Shown in pieces: positions 62,548 through 64,000 of a stretch of DNA of 64,000 bases. Below the pieces are notes generated by a model that had not been told where the DNA came from, made no database searches, and saw nothing but the letters and a program-made list of their open reading frames with translations. Each line of letters begins with the position of its first letter. Positions within the stretch are counted from its first letter, which is position 1. The position numbers were made by a program, and so were the translations under genes. The stretch is from an uncultured delta proteobacterium (lineage in GTDB: Bacteria; Myxococcota_A; Polyangia; Fen-1088). The stretch covers positions 151,943-215,942 of the forward strand of contig CAWCMR010000010.1 in assembly GCA_963796685.1 (NCBI GenBank). Reading direction: 5' to 3'.

Positions 62548-63408
62548 TCATTCCTCGGAGGCTTGCAGGGCCGACCCGCGCGCGCCCTGTACGACCAAAA
62601 TGGCGAGAGTCAGAAGCAGCGCCAGCGCACTCTGATAGGATGCCTTGGCATAACCGGCGACGAGCGCCTCGGCCACGCCCAACACCATTCCGCCGCCGAG
62701 CGCGAACAGAGGACGTTTGAGCCCGGCGAGGATTGCGGATGCAAAGCCGTTGACGAACAGGAGCACGTCGCTGTCGTAAGACATCGGCGAAAGAGGAGCG
62801 AGCAACACCCCGGACACCCCTCCGAGCGCACCGCCGAGCAGGAAGCCGAAAAGGGACATGCGGACGACGCCGATGCCCACCAGCGTGGCGGCGTAGGGAT
62901 TCGAAGCACAGGCGGTCATGGCCTTGCCGACGTAAGTCCATTCGAAGAATCCCTCGAGCAGGGCGAAGATCGCGATGGTGGCGCCGATGACGACAGCGTA
63001 CTGCCTCGGCAGATCGACTCCGGAGATCTCGAACGATCCTGCGAGCCCAGGGAACGAGCGTGGTTGGTCGCCCCAGGCCAGAATTTCGATGGCGTAGCAA
63101 AGAATGGCTACAGCGAGCGTGGCAATGAGCGACGATTGTGGGCTCGTGCCCCGCTTGCCCACCGCCACCATCCCGGTGAGCAGCCCAAGGACGGCTGCGA
63201 CCAACACGGCGAGAAGCTCCGCCAAGCCGTGCGGCACACCGGCGCCGAGCAAGGTCGCGGTGGTGAAGGTGGCGAAGACCGCGAAGGTTCCCTGGGCGAG
63301 ATTCACCACGCGGGTCACCCGGTAGATGATGATGAGCCCGCTCGCGACCAGAGAAAAGCCACAGCCGACGGCGATGCCGTGGAGGAGGTAGGACAAGAAC
63401 GCGGTCAC
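62548..63408 (-). CDS. livH: Branched-chain-family ABC permease (LivH-like)
   Basis: GLIIIYRVTRVVNLAQG and GKAMTACASNPYAATLVGI motifs. Confidence 0.85.
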   Translation of the reverse strand: MTAFLSYLLHGIAVGCGFSLVASGLIIIYRVTRVVNLAQGTFAVFATFTTATLLGAGVPHGLAELLAVLVAAVLGLLTGMVAVGKRGTSPQSSLIATLAVAILCYAIEILAWGDQPRSFPGLAGSFEISGVDLPRQYAVVIGATIAIFALLEGFFEWTYVGKAMTACASNPYAATLVGIGVVRMSLFGFLLGGALGGVSGVLLAPLSPMSYDSDVLLFVNGFASAILAGLKRPLFALGGGMVLGVAEALVAGYAKASYQSALALLLTLAILVVQGARGSALQASEE

Positions 63409-64000
63409 AACGCCGCTTCCCCGACGCCATCGACCTGTCCGTCCGTTACCACGCTGCCGAGGTACGCGTCCCTCACCATAGGACTATGCGCGAGCTCGGC
63501 CGTCGTGCCGCTGGCCACGATCCCGCCCGTCTCCATCACGTAGCCCCGTGTGCAAAGCGAGAACGCGAGCTGCGCGCTCTGCTCCACCAGAAGCACGGCG
63601 AGTCCGTCCTGTCTGTTCAGCCGGGTCAGGAGACGAGCAAGCTGCCGTACGACAATCGGCGCCAACCCGAGCGACATTTCGTCGATGGCGAGCACATCGG
63701 GGCGAGACATCAATCCGCGTCCGATCGCGACCATTTGCTGCTGACCGCCGGACAACGTGCCCGCGCGCTGTTTGCGGGTCCGCTCGAGCTCGGGCAGCAG
63801 CTCGAAAAACCACGAGGTGTCCCGCTGGCGGGAGCGAAAGGCCCCCAGCCGGAGGTTGTCCTCGACGGTGAGCTCGGTAAACAGTTGCCTGCCCTCGGGC
63901 ACGTGCGACAGACTGCCCATGGATGCTGATGCGGCCACTTGTCTTGCGCACCGTCCCCGAGAGAGCCTTGAGCAGGGTAGTCTTCCCCGCGCCGTTGGCG
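63405..64000 (-). CDS. livF: ABC ATP-binding subunit (LivF-like), 5'-partial, apparent +1 frameshift at about 63912
   Basis: ANGAGKTT at the window edge; HVPEGR, LSGGQQQM and DEMSLGLAP motifs. Confidence 0.87.
   Translation of the reverse strand, partial: PTARGRLPCSRLSRGRCARQVAASASMGSLSHVPEGRQLFTELTVEDNLRLGAFRSRQRDTSWFFELLPELERTRKQRAGTLSGGQQQMVAIGRGLMSRPDVLAIDEMSLGLAPIVVRQLARLLTRLNRQDGLAVLLVEQSAQLAFSLCTRGYVMETGGIVASGTTAELAHSPMVRDAYLGSVVTDGQVDGVGEAAL

Overview
High-GC bacterial chromosomal window, most likely from Myxococcota/Polyangia. The host call is inferred from DUF4215/fibro-slime and Gly/Cys-rich lipoproteins. From left to right it holds: a small accessory block (VapBC-type toxin-antitoxin pair, a large TPR-like protein, an AAA_14/DUF4143 ATPase); an ECF sigma/NrsF-type anti-sigma pair divergent from exported msrB-msrA and dipZ, with two matching GTAACCA-N14-CGTATG promoters; panC; CIRCE-controlled groES-groEL; an LhgO-like oxidoreductase; a phosphorelay cluster; an MFS transporter, gluconokinase and GH3 glycosidase; and an RND efflux pair. 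From about 33 to 53 kb is a mosaic hotspot where the MFP-gene/pobA junction occurs three times and brackets two cargo blocks. The cargo includes a choice-of-anchor-A/S10 peptidase fusion cut by an intact IS5-family element, IS701 and IS91/ISCR remnants, lipoproteins, SDR/TetR modules and many gene scraps. The window ends with a complete pobA-pca (beta-ketoadipate) operon with an apparent PcaB-PcaD fusion, pcaR and a Liv-type ABC transporter. Six otherwise intact genes each carry one extra base whose removal restores GATC or AGCT, which suggests methylation-linked long-read errors rather than true pseudogenes. No rRNA, complete tRNA or CRISPR array was seen. All family assignments come from motif recognition, not database searches.
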